Assembly (NCBI GenBank): GCA_026770705.1 | Contig: JANJGN010000034.1 | Coordinates: forward strand, 11,284,001-11,348,000 | Direction: 5' to 3' | Source of the DNA: Isurus oxyrinchus | Taxonomy: Eukaryota | Length of the DNA stretch: 64,000 nt | In this document: piece by piece, positions 11,800 through 25,149 of the stretch | How the letters are laid out: the number at the start of each line of letters is the position of its first letter | How positions within the stretch are numbered: the first letter of the stretch is position 1 | The notes under the pieces: generated by a model | Told to the model about the DNA's origin: nothing | Database searches by the model: none | The model's input: only the letters and a program-made list of their open reading frames with translations | Program-made: the position numbers and the translations under genes

Positions 11800-12620
11800 G
11801 CTAACATGCCCACGTTTAATCGGGGTATCTGTTCTACAATGAAAGCCAGTCCAGCAAGCATCCAGTTCACTCAAAGATCTGTGGCGTCTGCGGGTGCGTT
11901 AAGATATACGAGTCATGAAAGCTTCCTGGGTATCTAGCACAAACATGTCGGGTCTGCCTTCTGTGATCACAAATAAGCTGGGCGTTCAGAAACTGAAATT
12001 CTTTCCAGTTGATGAATTTCACAGGCGGCTGACAGGGAACTCAGAGGGCTACATGTGTGCAGCAGATGGCGCCCTGCACTTGTGGGTAACCACATATTGA
12101 TGTGAATACAACAGCTCTGGCAGCCTGGCTTTTGCAACCATCGTGGAGCTTACAGGTGAGCTCTATTGAAAAAGGTATCTGCCAAATGTAATATTTCCCA
12201 CATGACCCATTGGAGCCCTGGAATTATCTGCTGGCAAAAAAAGTGAAGCGAAGCTGTTACCTGCAAAGCCAGCTGCATGGGATGCCCTCCAACTCCTTGC
12301 AGCATCAGTTGTTCCCGGAGAAGGTGGCAAAAGTGAACTACCAAGTTGCTGGACAACCGAAGGCGACTGCAGCATTGTCATCTCTACATTCCCGTATATC
12401 TGCGGAGATTTCTGTATACCAGTGTTGGGCCACTGGTGTTCAATGAATTATCCTCTCTTTGGGAGCACCTTGGATTCTTGGGACGCCGCTGCTTCTTGTA
12501 GCTCATGTCGCTGCACTCTCTGGGCCTGTATGAAACGCCAATGGGCCCTTCTTCTCCTCATTGCATTAGAACGATAATCAAGGCCGGTTGCCTGCATCCG
12601 GCATTCTGCACTTTCAATTG
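11800..12620 (-). mobile_element. PIF/Harbinger DDE transposase remnant
   Basis: RLRLSSNLVVHFCHLL..GVGGHPMQLALQVTASLHFF and FINWKEFQFLNAQLICDHRRQTRHVCARYPGSFHDSYIL match HARBI1-type motifs. Duplicate at about 53090-53910. Confidence 0.88.
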
Positions 12621-13083
12621 TCTCTGTCAATGAATGCATTTCAGAATTTACTGAAACTTTTCCTTCACAGGTTTCCTTCCACCTCTGGGCCAGGAGGCCA
12701 ATGCAAAGACTTTGGCCTGAACTCCCTCTGGATGTGCATCCTCAGGCCTCCCCTTGAAAGTGTCGAACATACTGGGGGACCACAAGTGGCCAATCCTGCC
12801 CTTCAGACATGACTGTGCATGACTACGACCATGTGCGAGAACCCTGTCATGAAGAGGTATTAATGTCTATAGTGTCACTGGAAAATATGTTAAAATTACA
12901 ATTAGTGCAATCTGCATCTACATGTGTGCCTAAGCGTATGTCTGCGTGTGTCCTAACTTGGTTAACGCCAGCTAGTCTGAGTGATTTGATGCATGGTAGC
13001 TCAAGATGTTAATTGGATAAATAGGTGAAAGGCAATTTTCGATTAGCATTTGTTGAATAAACCATTCAAAAGAATGGTTAAAA

Positions 13084-13675
13084 TCTTACAACCAGATGGG
13101 AGATGCCAAGCAATGCGTTTATATTACGAATAAAATCGATGCAATGAAAGGATTATCGTTTAGAGAGGTAAAATTAAAAACCTAGCAACACAATAAAAAC
13201 TCTGCGTTCAAAGCAAATGCTAGGTATATACAGAAAGAAGTTTGTATCTATAAGTCAGAGGCATTTAAGATCTAACCAGCCTGTAAACCAACAACTGTGT
13301 CTGCAAAGGAAGCAGATTGAAAGGATCCTCACATTGAATTCTTAAGATCAAATGTGCTTTGTCTGATGTCTGTTTGAATTCTCTGCATTATTAGTGCCAT
13401 GGTGAAGTTTTACCTGGAAGTGAATAATGTTGGATTTCTTTAAAAGATATTGTGCGAGTCATTTGTGGAAACGTATATGCACTTAATTTGTTGTTAACTT
13501 AATAAACGTTTAATTTAGTTTTATACAAAAAAACCTCTTTAGGCCTGGTGGTTTTATTCCTGATTTCAGAGCTGCATTTCAAACACACGAATTAGAAACA
13601 TAGGTCATGACAGTTGTTCAAGTATCCTTATGGGATTTAAACAACTCAGCCTTTAGCAACTGCCGTGTCATAACA
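13084..13675 (+). mobile_element. Probable solo LTR
   Basis: Starts tcttacaacc, ends tcataaca, internal TATA-like and AATAAA (13501). Duplicate at 54374-54965. No clear TSD. Confidence 0.5.
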
Positions 13676-15279
13676 AATTCCCATCAGTGAATTGTCAGCA
13701 GGCCTCCCTGAGACTGAACACTCTATGCAGAGAACATATCCTTGTCATAATGGCAACAGGATAAGCATTGTGCTTTGTAATCCAGGACCACTTAACTGGG
13801 ATTAGTGAGGCTTGGAGTGTGCACGTAAACTGTGCAGAAGCCGTGGTCCTTGAATGATTCAACCGCCAAGCACTTCCATATGCCTTTTGGAGGAACAGAT
13901 GGCTAAACAAACCAACTCAAATGTAGCTCCAAAACTCAATGGATTCTCGAATGAATGCACACCCATTAGTCAAGGAGCAATAATCAATGGATATTTAACC
14001 CTAAAAGCCAGGTCTCAGCTGGGTCTTGTTATCCATGGCTTGAACAAACAATTAATAGGGTTTCCCATCCCTCCGCCCAAAGGATTATCCCTGACCTCCT
14101 CCCAGACACCTCTCATATCGAGATTTTCACATTTGTTTTTCAACTGAGTCCTTACTGAGTAAAGAAAAAGATGATTATTCTGACGCTTGTGATTACGAAC
14201 GACATCCACCAACCTCCACCTGCCAAACACCAGGTCCCTCTGTCCTCCTGCATAGCCACTGCCTCCTAATTCCACACCATCGTGTGACCAGCGTATCTTC
14301 CATTATTACCCTTCACCCCAATATAGTTCATACGGATATCCATTTTCTACTTCACCCCACAATTTCCTACAATGTTCATATCCCGACGTTCGTTGTTAGT
14401 GTGACCCCTTCCCTTCTCGAGGCAACAGACAACGTTACTTTCCGAAATCCCCACCCTCCACCATGAGACCATCCAATTACCTGCTGGAAATGCCTTACTT
14501 GAACATGGCTCTGCCCTCTGTATCCCAGTAGAATGCCCTGAAATCCCAGGACCAAATAGCTGAGATGAATAATCACATCCTGCCCACGATTCCCAGAATG
14601 ACAGCCATTGCCCATCGAAGCCTTTCCTGATGCAAGACCGGGACCAATACTTATGTCACACGTAGGGACCTTTAGCAAGGCCTGGGCACAGTGGCCACAT
14701 CCCCTGGACAGTCTCTTAAACTTGTCCCCTGAACAATTTTACACCCTTCCCCAGGCAATCTCTTAAACTTGCCCCTCATGGACGCTCATTCACCCTTTCC
14801 CTCTGGTCCACCTGCAACCCCTCTTCCCCAAGCCCTGCCACCATCATACACTTCACCCTTTGTCGGGCCCCCTATGCCCAGCCTTGGTGCAGTTTGTGCG
14901 ATAGGCACCTGAAATATCTCAATAACACTGTACAAGTTAGATGAAAGCATCGCCTACTAGCCTTTCAATTGTGAACGCAGTGAGAGATCGCCATTTCCAT
15001 GCTAGATATTTCCAGTCGTAAAACAGAACGACCAATTAGCCGCTTTTAGGGAACTTCGTTTGGACGGGGAACGTGATTTCAGCATGTTGACCTTTTAGTA
15101 AGCATTCATGACATTCTAATGAATGCAGATGGGCATCCCCCACATTGCTAATCCGGAAACCCGACCTGCCTTTAAGCTGCCTGCAATGTTGGCAGAAGAA
15201 AATCCCAAATTTTTTGCCTGCTGTCGGGAAACTGTTCTTGGCCTGTGACTGAGAAGCTGTGGGATCAGTAAGGCAAGGA

Positions 15280-15900
15280 GATGGCCCCAGGATCTAGTGA
15301 TGTTGCCCAGGATCTAGTGATGTTGCCCTGGATCTAGTGATGTTGCCCTGCACTCACAATGCCGAGGTGTTGAACATGGCCAGAAGGCCATGTTTGGACA
15401 ATGTGTAAGAAGTCTCCAAAAAGTGACCCTGAAGAGGGAGTGAGAGCTTGTGGCAAAGATTGTGAATGCCCAAAGCATCTCACCTCAGACCTGGCAGTTG
15501 TGCCAATAAAGATTTAATGACCTCGCTTTGGGCAAGGTGGGCAAATGGATTAGCACACAGGGTCTGGTAATCAAAACAATTGACACCACACATCGCTTCA
15601 GGCACCAGGTCCTGACATTCAGGGGTCATTCCTAACATCCTTACATCGACATCTCAACCAAACACATCTCAAAGCCATACCAGCTACCCACATGGTAGAC
15701 ACAGCCCCATATACTTCCAGAGATTCAGCTACTGCACACATCACACACACATTTAATGATGCCCTGGCCTCTCTCCTGCAGGAGAATACATTCACAACAG
15801 CTGCGAACGCCAGTGGACCAGAAGAGGACCAGTCCAAATGCAGTCCATCAGTGCTAAGAGGGGATTTACATTCGGAGCATTGGCAGAATTGCTACTGAAC
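15280..15900 (+). mobile_element. Harbinger Myb/SANT-like partner gene remnant (two exons)
   Basis: APGSSDVAL ... RE*ELVAKIVNAQSISPQTWQLCQ*RFNDL and second exon HNSCERQWTRRG fit the trihelix Myb/SANT pattern. Duplicate at about 56570-57180. Confidence 0.75.
15286..15350. repeat. 20-bp tandem repeat cccaggatctagtgatgttg x3 (x2 in copy 2 at about 56576-56620)
   Basis: Directly visible. Confidence 0.95.
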
Positions 15901-18549
15901 CAGTGGCATTTGGCGCAGAGTATGCCATCCTAAATGATGGTTAGTTGTTGCCTTGTGCACTTTGCCCACTAACTTCCTACTCCCACTCTGAAAGGTGACA
16001 TGAAATTAAAACTTGCAAATTTAGTTACCATGGACAATACAGCCTCCTTTCTCTTATCCTTACTAACCTCCCCCAATAGTTTTCATCATCCAAAAACTGT
16101 CAGCTGCTCAGCACCTTCACAGAGAATAAGATTTGAAGAGGAAACACAGTCACTGAACCAAATGGTCGCAGCCACCAGCCCAGATATTTGCACACTTGCA
16201 TAACTGAGAGGCTAGTTTCAGAATCAGAATCTGCAAGTACTAAGTCATTAGGCATGCTTGGGCTGCAGCCAGGACAGGGTATAGGTGAGCTCCTGTGCCC
16301 TCTCATGATGCCCATGACACCTCCATCGCTCATTCATAACCCCATGACCCCTCATATCTACCAGGCTCCGCATACACTGTGCATAACCACTCATCCAGTA
16401 TCCACTATGTGCAGAGCACATGAGACAAGTGATGCCAAACGAAAAGACTTTCAAATGCACTACAAAAAAATTGCATCTCTTACATGCACAGAAAATGTCA
16501 ACCAAACGTGCATCCATTCATAATCCAGAGATAAAACTTCAGTCCTAATGGCGGAAAGAAATCTCTTAAGTGGTCATTAAGTTGTGAAATTAAACAACCA
16601 CCCATTCAAAAAAAATGCATTAAAGAAACTGAAACCAATGGCATGAGCATAAAACAGTCAGTTCGCTTCACAGCTGTGTCAACAGATCCCCTGATGAGCT
16701 CAGTGGTTTCTGAAACTCAGCCAAGTATTCCTAATGGGCTCAGCTGCAAAAAACAGACTATTACAGCGGAAAAGAATTATCACTTTTGAAGTAAAAGGAA
16801 TGGATGGAGAGGTTTTCTTCTCAAAATTTCAGTTTAGACCAGGAACAAATGGACAGATTTTTTTCAATCTTCAGATCACAAAAAACAGGCTCCCCCTCTC
16901 ACATTTTTACATGTTTTTGAACGCATAAGTACAATTTCCGCAATGAAAATATACCCTAATGCATCTCAATACGTAACCAGTTCTGGTCAATGTAATTCTC
17001 AACTTATCTTTTAAGGGCAGATAGTTCTGATCAATCATTGTATTAAAAACATAATTAAAGCGATAGAAAAACCATGAACACACACTTACACGGGTACACC
17101 GTCGTTAAAAGCACATATTATCTTACACCATCTAAACATGTTTGAACATATGTGTCAAAACGCTCAGGACTCCAGAGTAGTATTTCCCCCATGATTGTGA
17201 AATCCTCTGCGGAGCCATGAACGGCATCGCCTTGGAAAGGTTGCCCTAAATGCATCAACATTGTACGGGGCTTTCAAAGGTACACACCTCCAGCAACAAC
17301 AACAACACCGCCCCCCCCCCCCCACCCCCGCTCACCCTCGCCCCGCAATGGAATCAGAACAGTTGCGAGTACAAGGTACAGGGTCGCTTTCCTGTGCCGG
17401 CAAAAGCTGCTGACAATGGGAATGGGGCGGGTATCTTAGAATCCGGCCCCACCCACCAATTTTATAGACCTTCTGACTCGGTATGAAGGCACAAAAAGCC
17501 AGCCCCATGTGTGTGAATCTGTGTTTAAAACCTTGCGATGAGCCCTAGTGGACAAAATAATCTGCATTGTGAAATGTTGTTCAGGGAAGCCTCAAGTTAC
17601 AAGATATATTCAATAACCTGTATAAAAGGTTTGGTAAGTAATCATGGGGCCTGGTACACTATGTAACACCAGAATTGGTTGATGCTGTCTATGGATTTGG
17701 GTAATGTTGTTTGTAGCATCGAACCCAGCCTATGTGAAACTACCGCCCTACTGCGGTCTGACACTACTCTCCTGTTTTACACAGTACTTTCCAAATACGG
17801 ACCCACAACAAATTGGAGGTCAGTCACTCCACCTCTACTGCAATTATAGTATTAGTCGTCCATTCAGATAAAAAACGTGCCTCCACTATATACAGGGGAC
17901 CAATTTGTGAGCAGCAAATGCAGTAGACTAAATTTAAAGATGTGTAAGTGAATCGCTGTCTCCCTTGGAATGCATAATTGAGTCCTTGGAAGGTAAAGAG
18001 GGGGAGATAAAGGGGCAACCGATAGGCCTTCTCCAATTCCATGCAAAGGAGTGAGATGTTGGGCGCGTTGGAAGACTGGACCAAGACGTAATGGAGGGAA
18101 ATGTTCCTATGGAATGCTGACAGGAGACGTGATGGACTATTAAAGTGAAGCTTGGGATTTAGGAAGATAATTAGCATAAAAGTTTCCTGCTAGTATGAAA
18201 TGCTTTAAAATGCAACATGAAATAAAATGACAAATAGATTTCACCATTAATGTGTTTCCCATTCACCGATATCAAAGTGGAAGTCTTCATTTGGAAATAT
18301 GCATGGAAGAAGGCTATGGAAAACAGTTCAAGGGTTAAAACAATTTGATAGTTCGATACTTCATAGCATCAAATTAACAGTTATTTGTGAGTGCAACAAG
18401 TGCAATGTTACCCCCAATTCTATCAACAAAACTAACAGGACCAAAGAGCTGCACTTTCTTTCTATTCATACAGTTAACTATTAAATAACTTGACCTTTGC
18501 ATGGGTGAAATATAAGTTAATGAAATAGGATTCAGAAATGTGTACTTAC

Positions 18550-18809
18550 TTATTACAACTTTTTGTTTGGTTGAGGTGTTGTTCCTTTTTGTTAATCCGT
18601 TTTAGGGGCTGAGAGGTATGTGTTCCAGCGCCATTCAAAGTAATGCTAGAAATGATGAGTTGTTGCCCTTTTTGCTGCAGAGAGGCATTGTTGATACACT
18701 ATTCTAATTCTGCAGGGAGGTTTGAGGCCATAGAACACGAGAAATTAATGGTTTTTCAAAAAGATAAGCGGACAAATCAGAGTCTATGGATATGTTTGGG
18801 AGATTGGGT
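18550..18809 (-). pseudogene. Gene A IgC2 B-type exon, disabled
   Basis: PNLPNISIDSDLSAYL / TINFSCSMASNLPAELE*CINNASLQQKGQQLIISSITLNGAGTHTSQP / GLTKRNNTSTKQKVVI|GTAAGT; CEACAM B-domain pattern; Trp to TAG, second Cys to Ser, -1 and +1 frameshifts. Confidence 0.88.
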
Positions 18810-19004
18810 CTAAGTAAAATAAGTGCGAAATATATTTTAATAACATTATGCTAAAATGAAAAGCAGCAGTGGAGTATACATTTATGGCAATCACCAACAT
18901 CAGAGAACCTACGCATCCTTGTGTTTTATGCACTCCATCATGCAAACATAAGTCAATAAGTTGTGCCATTTTCCCCGGTGCTCACTGGTGGGATCCAATG
19001 TCAG

Positions 19005-20930
19005 TTTTTTATTATTTCGTTCATGGGAGGTTTCAATTACTGCCAGGCCAGCATTTATTGCCCATCCCTAGTTGCCCTTGATAAGGTGTTGGTGAGCTGC
19101 CTTCCTGGGACACTGCAATCCACATAGAGCACGTGTACCCACAGTGTATTTGAGAGGGTTGGGTGTGGTGGTGGGCTGGTGTTTCCAAGATTTTCTTCCA
19201 GCAGTAGTTGAATTTCCAAGTCAGGGTGGTATGTGGCTTTAGGTTGGGGGTTAGAAGGGTGGTGGCGATGGTGGACGTCCTGGTGGTTCTCTTCCCACTT
19301 GTCTGCTGCCCTTCTCCTCCGAGATAGTCGGGGTCCTGGGTTTGGGATGGGCTGTCTAAGAAGCATTGGTCAGCTCCTGCAGTGCAAGTTGCAGATGCAT
19401 CGACATTGCTGCTACTATGCGTCGGAGGTGGAAGGAGTAAATGTTTGTGGATGAGCTGCCAATCAAGTAAGTTGCTTCGTCCTGGATGGTGTTGAATTTC
19501 ATGAGTGTTGTGGGAGCTGCATTCATCCAGGCAAGTGGGGAGTATTCCATCACACTCCTGACTTGTGCCTTGTAGGTGGTGTACAGCCTTTGGGGAGTCA
19601 GCAGCTGAGTTACTCGTCACAGAATTCCCAGCCTCTTACCTGCTCTTGTCACCATGCTATTTATATGGCTAATCCAGTTCAGGTTATGGACAATGCTAAT
19701 CCCGAGGTTATTGGCAGTGTGGGATTCAGTGATGGTAATGACTTTCAATGTCATGAGGCAGTGAATAGATTTTCCCTTTTTGGAGAGGTTCCTAACAATT
19801 GTGTGGCACGAATGTTACTTGCTACTTGCCAGCCCAAACCTGGATATTGTCATGGTCTTGCTGCATTTGGACATGGATTGCTTCAGCGTCCGAAGGGTCA
19901 CAAATGGTACTGAATTTTGACAATCATCAGTGAACATACCTCCTTCTGACCTTATAATGGGAGGAAGATCATTTATGAAGAAATTGACGATGGATTGGGG
20001 GAGGGGATTATCCCGATGAACCCACGCAGCGATGTCCCAGAGCTGATATGATTGATCTCCAACAACTAGAGCCAACTTCCTTTGTGCGAGGTAAGACCCC
20101 CACCAGCTGACAGCTATCCTCCTCTTATCCATTGGTTTTACTATTGCAAAGGCTCCTTGAAGCCACATTCGGTCGAATGCAGCCTTGATGTCAAGGGCAG
20201 TCACTCACACCTCAACTCTGGAGTTCAGATCTTCTGCCGATGTTTGAACCAAGGCTGCAATTGTTCAAACCATTACAGGAACTGAGCGATTTTTGTGGAT
20301 CCCAAAGTTGGCATTGGTGAGTTGGTTATTTCGAAGCAAGTGTTGCTTGATAGCACTGCTGGTGATCCCCTACACCACTTTTCTGACTGTAGGGAGAAAA
20401 CTGTTAGCGCAGTAATTGGCTGGGTTGGATTTCTAATGCTTTTTGTGCAGCGAACGTACCTGGGCAAATTTCCACAATGGCGGGTAATGCCAGTGCTGTA
20501 GAAGCCAATGCTGCAGCTGTACTGGAACAGCATGGCTAGGGTCGCAGCAATTTGAGAAACATAAGTCTTCAGTTCTGTTGCCACAATATTGTCAGGGCCC
20601 AAAGCCTTTGCAGTATCCAATGCCTTGAGCTGTTTGTTGATATCTCATGTAGTGAACGGAATTGACTGAAGACTGGCACGTGTAATGCTGGGGAACTCCG
20701 GCAAGGCCGAGATGGATCATCTTGGCACTTATGGCTGGAGATTGTTCCAAAAGCCTCAGCCTTATCTTTTGCATTCACGTGTTGGTCTTCCCCATCATTT
20801 CGAATGGGGATTTTTGTGGAGCCTCCTCCTCCAATGAGTGGTTTAGTTGTCCACTACCATTCACAATTGGATGTGGCAGGACTGCAGAGCTTAGATCTGA
20901 TCCGTTGATTATGGAATTCTTTAGCTCTGC
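19005..20930 (-). mobile_element. CR1-clade LINE, 5-prime truncated ORF2 (RT) remnant
   Basis: ALDIKAAFDRMWLQG, FINDLPPIIRSEGGMFTDDC, AKALGPDNI, MEYSPLAWMNAAPTTL; 3-prime tail gggcaataaatgctggcc. Confidence 0.92.
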
Positions 20931-20964
20931 CAGGTTAGCAATGATGGCACCAGAATTGAACCTG

Positions 20965-21350
20965 GGGAGATTGTGGTGCAGTACCATTAACACTGTATTC
21001 GTAATTCAAAGGCCCAGCATAAGGCCCTGGGGACATGGGTTCAACTGCTACCACAATATCTAATGGACTTTAAATTAAATTAATAAATCTGGAATATAAT
21101 GCTAGTCTCAGTAATGGTGACTAACCAGGGCAACTATCAGTCATAGACAGATAATCAAGCTGGTTCACTAATGTCCTTTGGGGTAGGAAATCTGTGGTCC
21201 CTAACACTTATGGCTTCCAAACACACAGATATGTGGTTGACTCTCAACTGCCTTCTGAAGTGGCCTTGTACGCCATTCAGTTCAAGGGCAATAAGGGATG
21301 GGCGGCAAATGCTGGCCTTGCCAGTGACACCCACATTCCATGATTTTTTT
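20965..21350 (+). mobile_element. tRNA-derived SINE with CR1-type 3-prime tail
   Basis: A/B-box-like head (gtggtgcagt..gggttcaact) and tail gggatgggcggcaaatgctggccttgccagtgacacccacattcc shared with the adjacent LINE. Duplicate at about 62225-62610; truncated relative at about 11575-11790. Confidence 0.75.
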
Positions 21351-22143
21351 AAAAATAAATGCCAAGGTCTCCTGAATCTGATGATTTCTAATCACGTTTG
21401 TTGAATACATATGTACATTTGGAGTTCAGGGATGGAGAGGATATGATTCCTGCTGTGAGCTGCAATTTTAAAATGTGAGATCTGTACAAACCTGCTGGGC
21501 ACATACAGCAGTATGGTTGCATCAAAATGTATTGTTCTGAGAAAAAATATCTATTAAAATTTGAGTTGGACAATTATGATTCTTTCCCTCAAACCAGTCT
21601 GAAGTTCATCTTTTATCGGATTTAAAAATAAACTTACTAACTTCATTGAAAATATTCGTAATGAAACCCGAATTTTCACTGAAGCATCACACAACCGTTC
21701 AAATACTACGTACAGTAAACTCGTATGCGTTACATCATCTGGTGTTCCCGCTCGTAGAATTAAGATTGAGCCGTTATGTCTAATGGCTTCTGGGATCATA
21801 CCACAATAAGTTCATCACCCCCAAAAGTTAATTCATTTAAGATTAGTCTGTAAACAAAGAAGTGTATAGCCAACAAATACTGTTCAATACTATCAATTAT
21901 CAATGAACATATATTGTATGGTGAGTTCTGTCTCAAAAACATCTAAGTATTTCGAGTATACTTATTTAAATAAATAATCTCTGAGGCAATATTCCTTGGC
22001 AATGTAAAAGTGTTGAGCTATTAGTTTACATGTTTCAGTAAATAATCCTTATATGCAAACAATCATTTATTTCCCTTTTCCAATCTGAAATGTAGCAGGT
22101 ATGGTGATAAGTTACAAAAATAATGATCTGTTGGAGCACCTGC

Positions 22144-22437
22144 AGCTACCATTTAGATTGGTTCGGTCACTTGTTACTCTGCAAAAGGAGTTGAATGCTT
22201 GGCACTTGAATCGTCCATCAGACCTAATCACTAGTGATATATAGTGAGAAATATAGTGAGAGTTCTATTACCACCACTTAGATCAAAGCTGCTATCCGTA
22301 ATAATAGCGCGATTATCCTCAAGCCACTGATATGAAACTGCAATGCCTGATACGATGCATGTCAGATGTCAATACGGTGTCATTGTATTTGACTGTGTTG
22401 GTGACATTGGTGATAATATTAGGTTTATAAACAGGTT
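22144..22437 (-). pseudogene. Gene A IgC2 A-type exon, frameshifted
   Basis: tttgacag|EPVYKPNIITNVTNTVKYNDTV / LTCIVSGIAVSYQWLEDNRAIITDSSFDLSGGNRTLTI / SLVIRSDGRFKCQAFNSF..SDRTNLNGS; matches the CEACAM A-domain pattern; two frameshifts, a 12-bp tandem duplication and a degenerate donor. Confidence 0.88.
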
Positions 22438-25149
22438 CTGTCAAAACACAGGAAAGTAGGTATCAGACCTTAAAAGTAAATTTGGAGGATGGTGGATTTA
22501 GCTCCAAGTTCTAAAGGCAGCATTTCATTTTGAATTTTCATCTGTTGTTTCCTTTCGGTAATAATTCCTGTGATGCTGGTGTTAATAATTCTACGATCTT
22601 TATCCCCACCCCACTACCCCCACGCAACCCCCACCTCCCCCTCACCACACGTGCCCCGCACACCCACACCCTCCGCCCCCAACGAGGTAAACCTGTCTCC
22701 TTGAATTTATTGCTCACTTAGAATATCAACTTAAATAAATTTCCAATCATGAAAGGAACATAGCCTACTAAACCAATTACAGACTCGGTCCTAAAATAAA
22801 ATGTCCTCTCCCCGAAGACCTCGAACCTAATGTATTTATTTGAAGATAGAACATGCGTAGAGGTATCTTATAGCAGACTGAACTGTTGTGGAGTTTCCCT
22901 AAATCAGCTCTTCGGATTCTAACTTCGACTCCTAGGATATTTTGATCATGTATGTGGGCTCGCGGGAGAATATAGATTGGGGACTGCAACTCTTGTGCAC
23001 TTAGTTAATACATGTTTTAAATCAAAGCCAAATATATATTACAGCTAATACATGAGACATATAGATGATAACTAAATCAAATCATATCATCTCAATAATA
23101 TTTAAGGGAAATACATTTTAACCCACCATAATCAGCAGTTTTTTTTTTGCATAAAAAACAAATATCAATTAAAGGTAATCATACGCACAAACCATTGTAA
23201 TTACTCAAGATTCTGGAGTGTCTTTGTCTCAAATATAGGGAATCCAAGCTTAGACTGATACTCATTCTATGGCTGCAAAGAAGGCCAAAAGATTGTTGAC
23301 CTATGGGCAACAATACCATCTGTCTGTTTATAAACATCGCAGCTGAACACAAAAAGGCTTTTGTTATTCATTGGTGTTTGTGATTCCAAAAGAAAAAGCA
23401 GTGAATGAAAATAAGCTATTTATCGGATCAATGTCATTGGTGAGTGTAGATAAGAGACATTTACAGACTAAATGGAAACATTTTGGTTGGCAGCCTTTCA
23501 AATAGTAGAGAGACAATCCAAAGGCTTTTTTGGTTATCTTTGGACTTGAGATCCTCGCAACGATTCATGTAGTGTATCCATGCTATAATATCAAGCTATA
23601 TGCCTAATTGCTTTCCTCTATTAATGTTAATTAGTGCGTCTTAAATTTGCAATAATTGTGTCAGGTTTGTCACACGGTGAACTTAAACCGGGCAAGATCT
23701 ATCTGTTGATCCCTGAGATTCAGACTGCGCAGCAGAGACCTGGACTCCAGTAATATAACATTCTGCCCTTCTCATCATTCTCAAAATAAGAGCCAAACTA
23801 CTCACTGCAATAAAAAAAGTTTCTCCTCATAATACTTTTGTTTATTTTATTGATTACTTTAAAGTGGTGTCCTCACGTTCTCGATCCATTTCTACTGGGA
23901 ATAGGTTCTCCCTAACTACTCTATCCAAACCCCTCACTATTCTGATACCTCCATGGAGCAGTTCCACTGTTGAGAAACCTACAGCTGGAATTTTAGCTTG
24001 ATGGCGCAGCTGGGCTGAGTGCCAGTCAGAAATCGGGCTCCAGAGGCTCTTGATGTTTCTCACTGCTCGCTCAGCCTCTCCGTAGCTTGGAAACGGACAG
24101 GCAACTGCTGACAAGAGCGATCCCATTGAGCTTGGCAAATTTTCTAAAGTGCTCATGGAAGGATTGTGGTCTGCAGTGAGACGGTTTTATCTGGAAACCC
24201 ATGTGTGTAAAGTATGGCCAGCAGCATCTTGCACGGTTTCGTCCATCACCTCATAAACACAGGGCGGGACTGGTGGACTAATAGACTGCAACAAGGCGGC
24301 AGCAGCCCGCCGTTCGCATGTAGGGTGTTGAAAGGAAGACACAGGGGTCCGCCCCTATGTCGTCAGTGGCCAGCCTGCCCCCTGCCTCTCACTCCAGCGC
24401 GTTTATGGGCCGGCAGCTACTGCAACGCCAACTGGGGAATTAGCAAATTAACTTTTTCAACACTTCTTTCGCGCGACCGCCGTGCACCAGGGCTGTGCTG
24501 GAGAGCGCTACCTCGAAACAGGAAGTGCTAAATGTTACCCGCGCTGCGGCAAGGCCATAGAGACCGAGCATTTAACGTCTGAGCTGTGCACTCGCTGCCC
24601 CTCCCCAGCCACCAGTGAGCACAAAGGAAGTCACTATTGTCACAAGCATAGCAAGGTGCTATTCCGTGTCGGGGGCCACCCCACACTCCGTCATATCACC
24701 TCTGAACCAGCATTTTGAAAATGACACAGGCACTGCTCCAACATGGGCCACTGGACGTATTCAGGTTTCTGGGCAGTTCAACTTCCACAAAGTCACAGAT
24801 TCTTGAAATTCTCCATCCCTGATGGTGTCTGAATAAATCAACACCGAGACCGTGAGTACCGATCCACCCGATAATAGGAAGCCCGTGCAGTGTCCATTCT
24901 CCAGGTGTTCTTCAAAAGCAGGAAAGCGGAAAATTGTGATATTTGAACAACTTGTTTGGAAAAGGTCAGGACACCGGAACATTACACACAAAAATGCCAA
25001 AGACACGAGATATTACTCCCAGATCAAGAACTGGCACGTTGCATGGTGCTGCGCCATCCCAGTTAAGTGGGACCGCTGATTGTCTCCCGCTCCAGCAATG
25101 TCTCAAGTTTGAAAAGGTTAAATGGCACTAAGTCCGAGTCACCTCTTAA

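Larger units (their letters stand above)
1..22718. repeat. Segmental tandem duplication, copy 1 (extends beyond window start)
   Basis: Base 1 (agaaatttgt) aligns to 40472; after an internal indel 801 aligns to 42067; 22711-22718 (tgctcact) aligns to the window end. Paired near-identical ORFs in the track (e.g. 1580/42877, 19815/61075) confirm collinearity. Confidence 0.97.

Noticed and set aside
15286-15350. CRISPR-like repeat
   Set aside because: Head-to-tail 20-mers with no spacers, in vertebrate DNA, inside a Harbinger remnant.
21638-21847. Possible additional Ig exon between A and B (AG and GTAAGT flanks)
   Set aside because: Multiple stops, no convincing Cys/Trp pattern, donor lost in copy 2, and the A exon end already fits the YGPD start expected for B.
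22718-22985. Possible exon ending at a GTGAGC donor
   Set aside because: No Ig signature in any frame and several stops.
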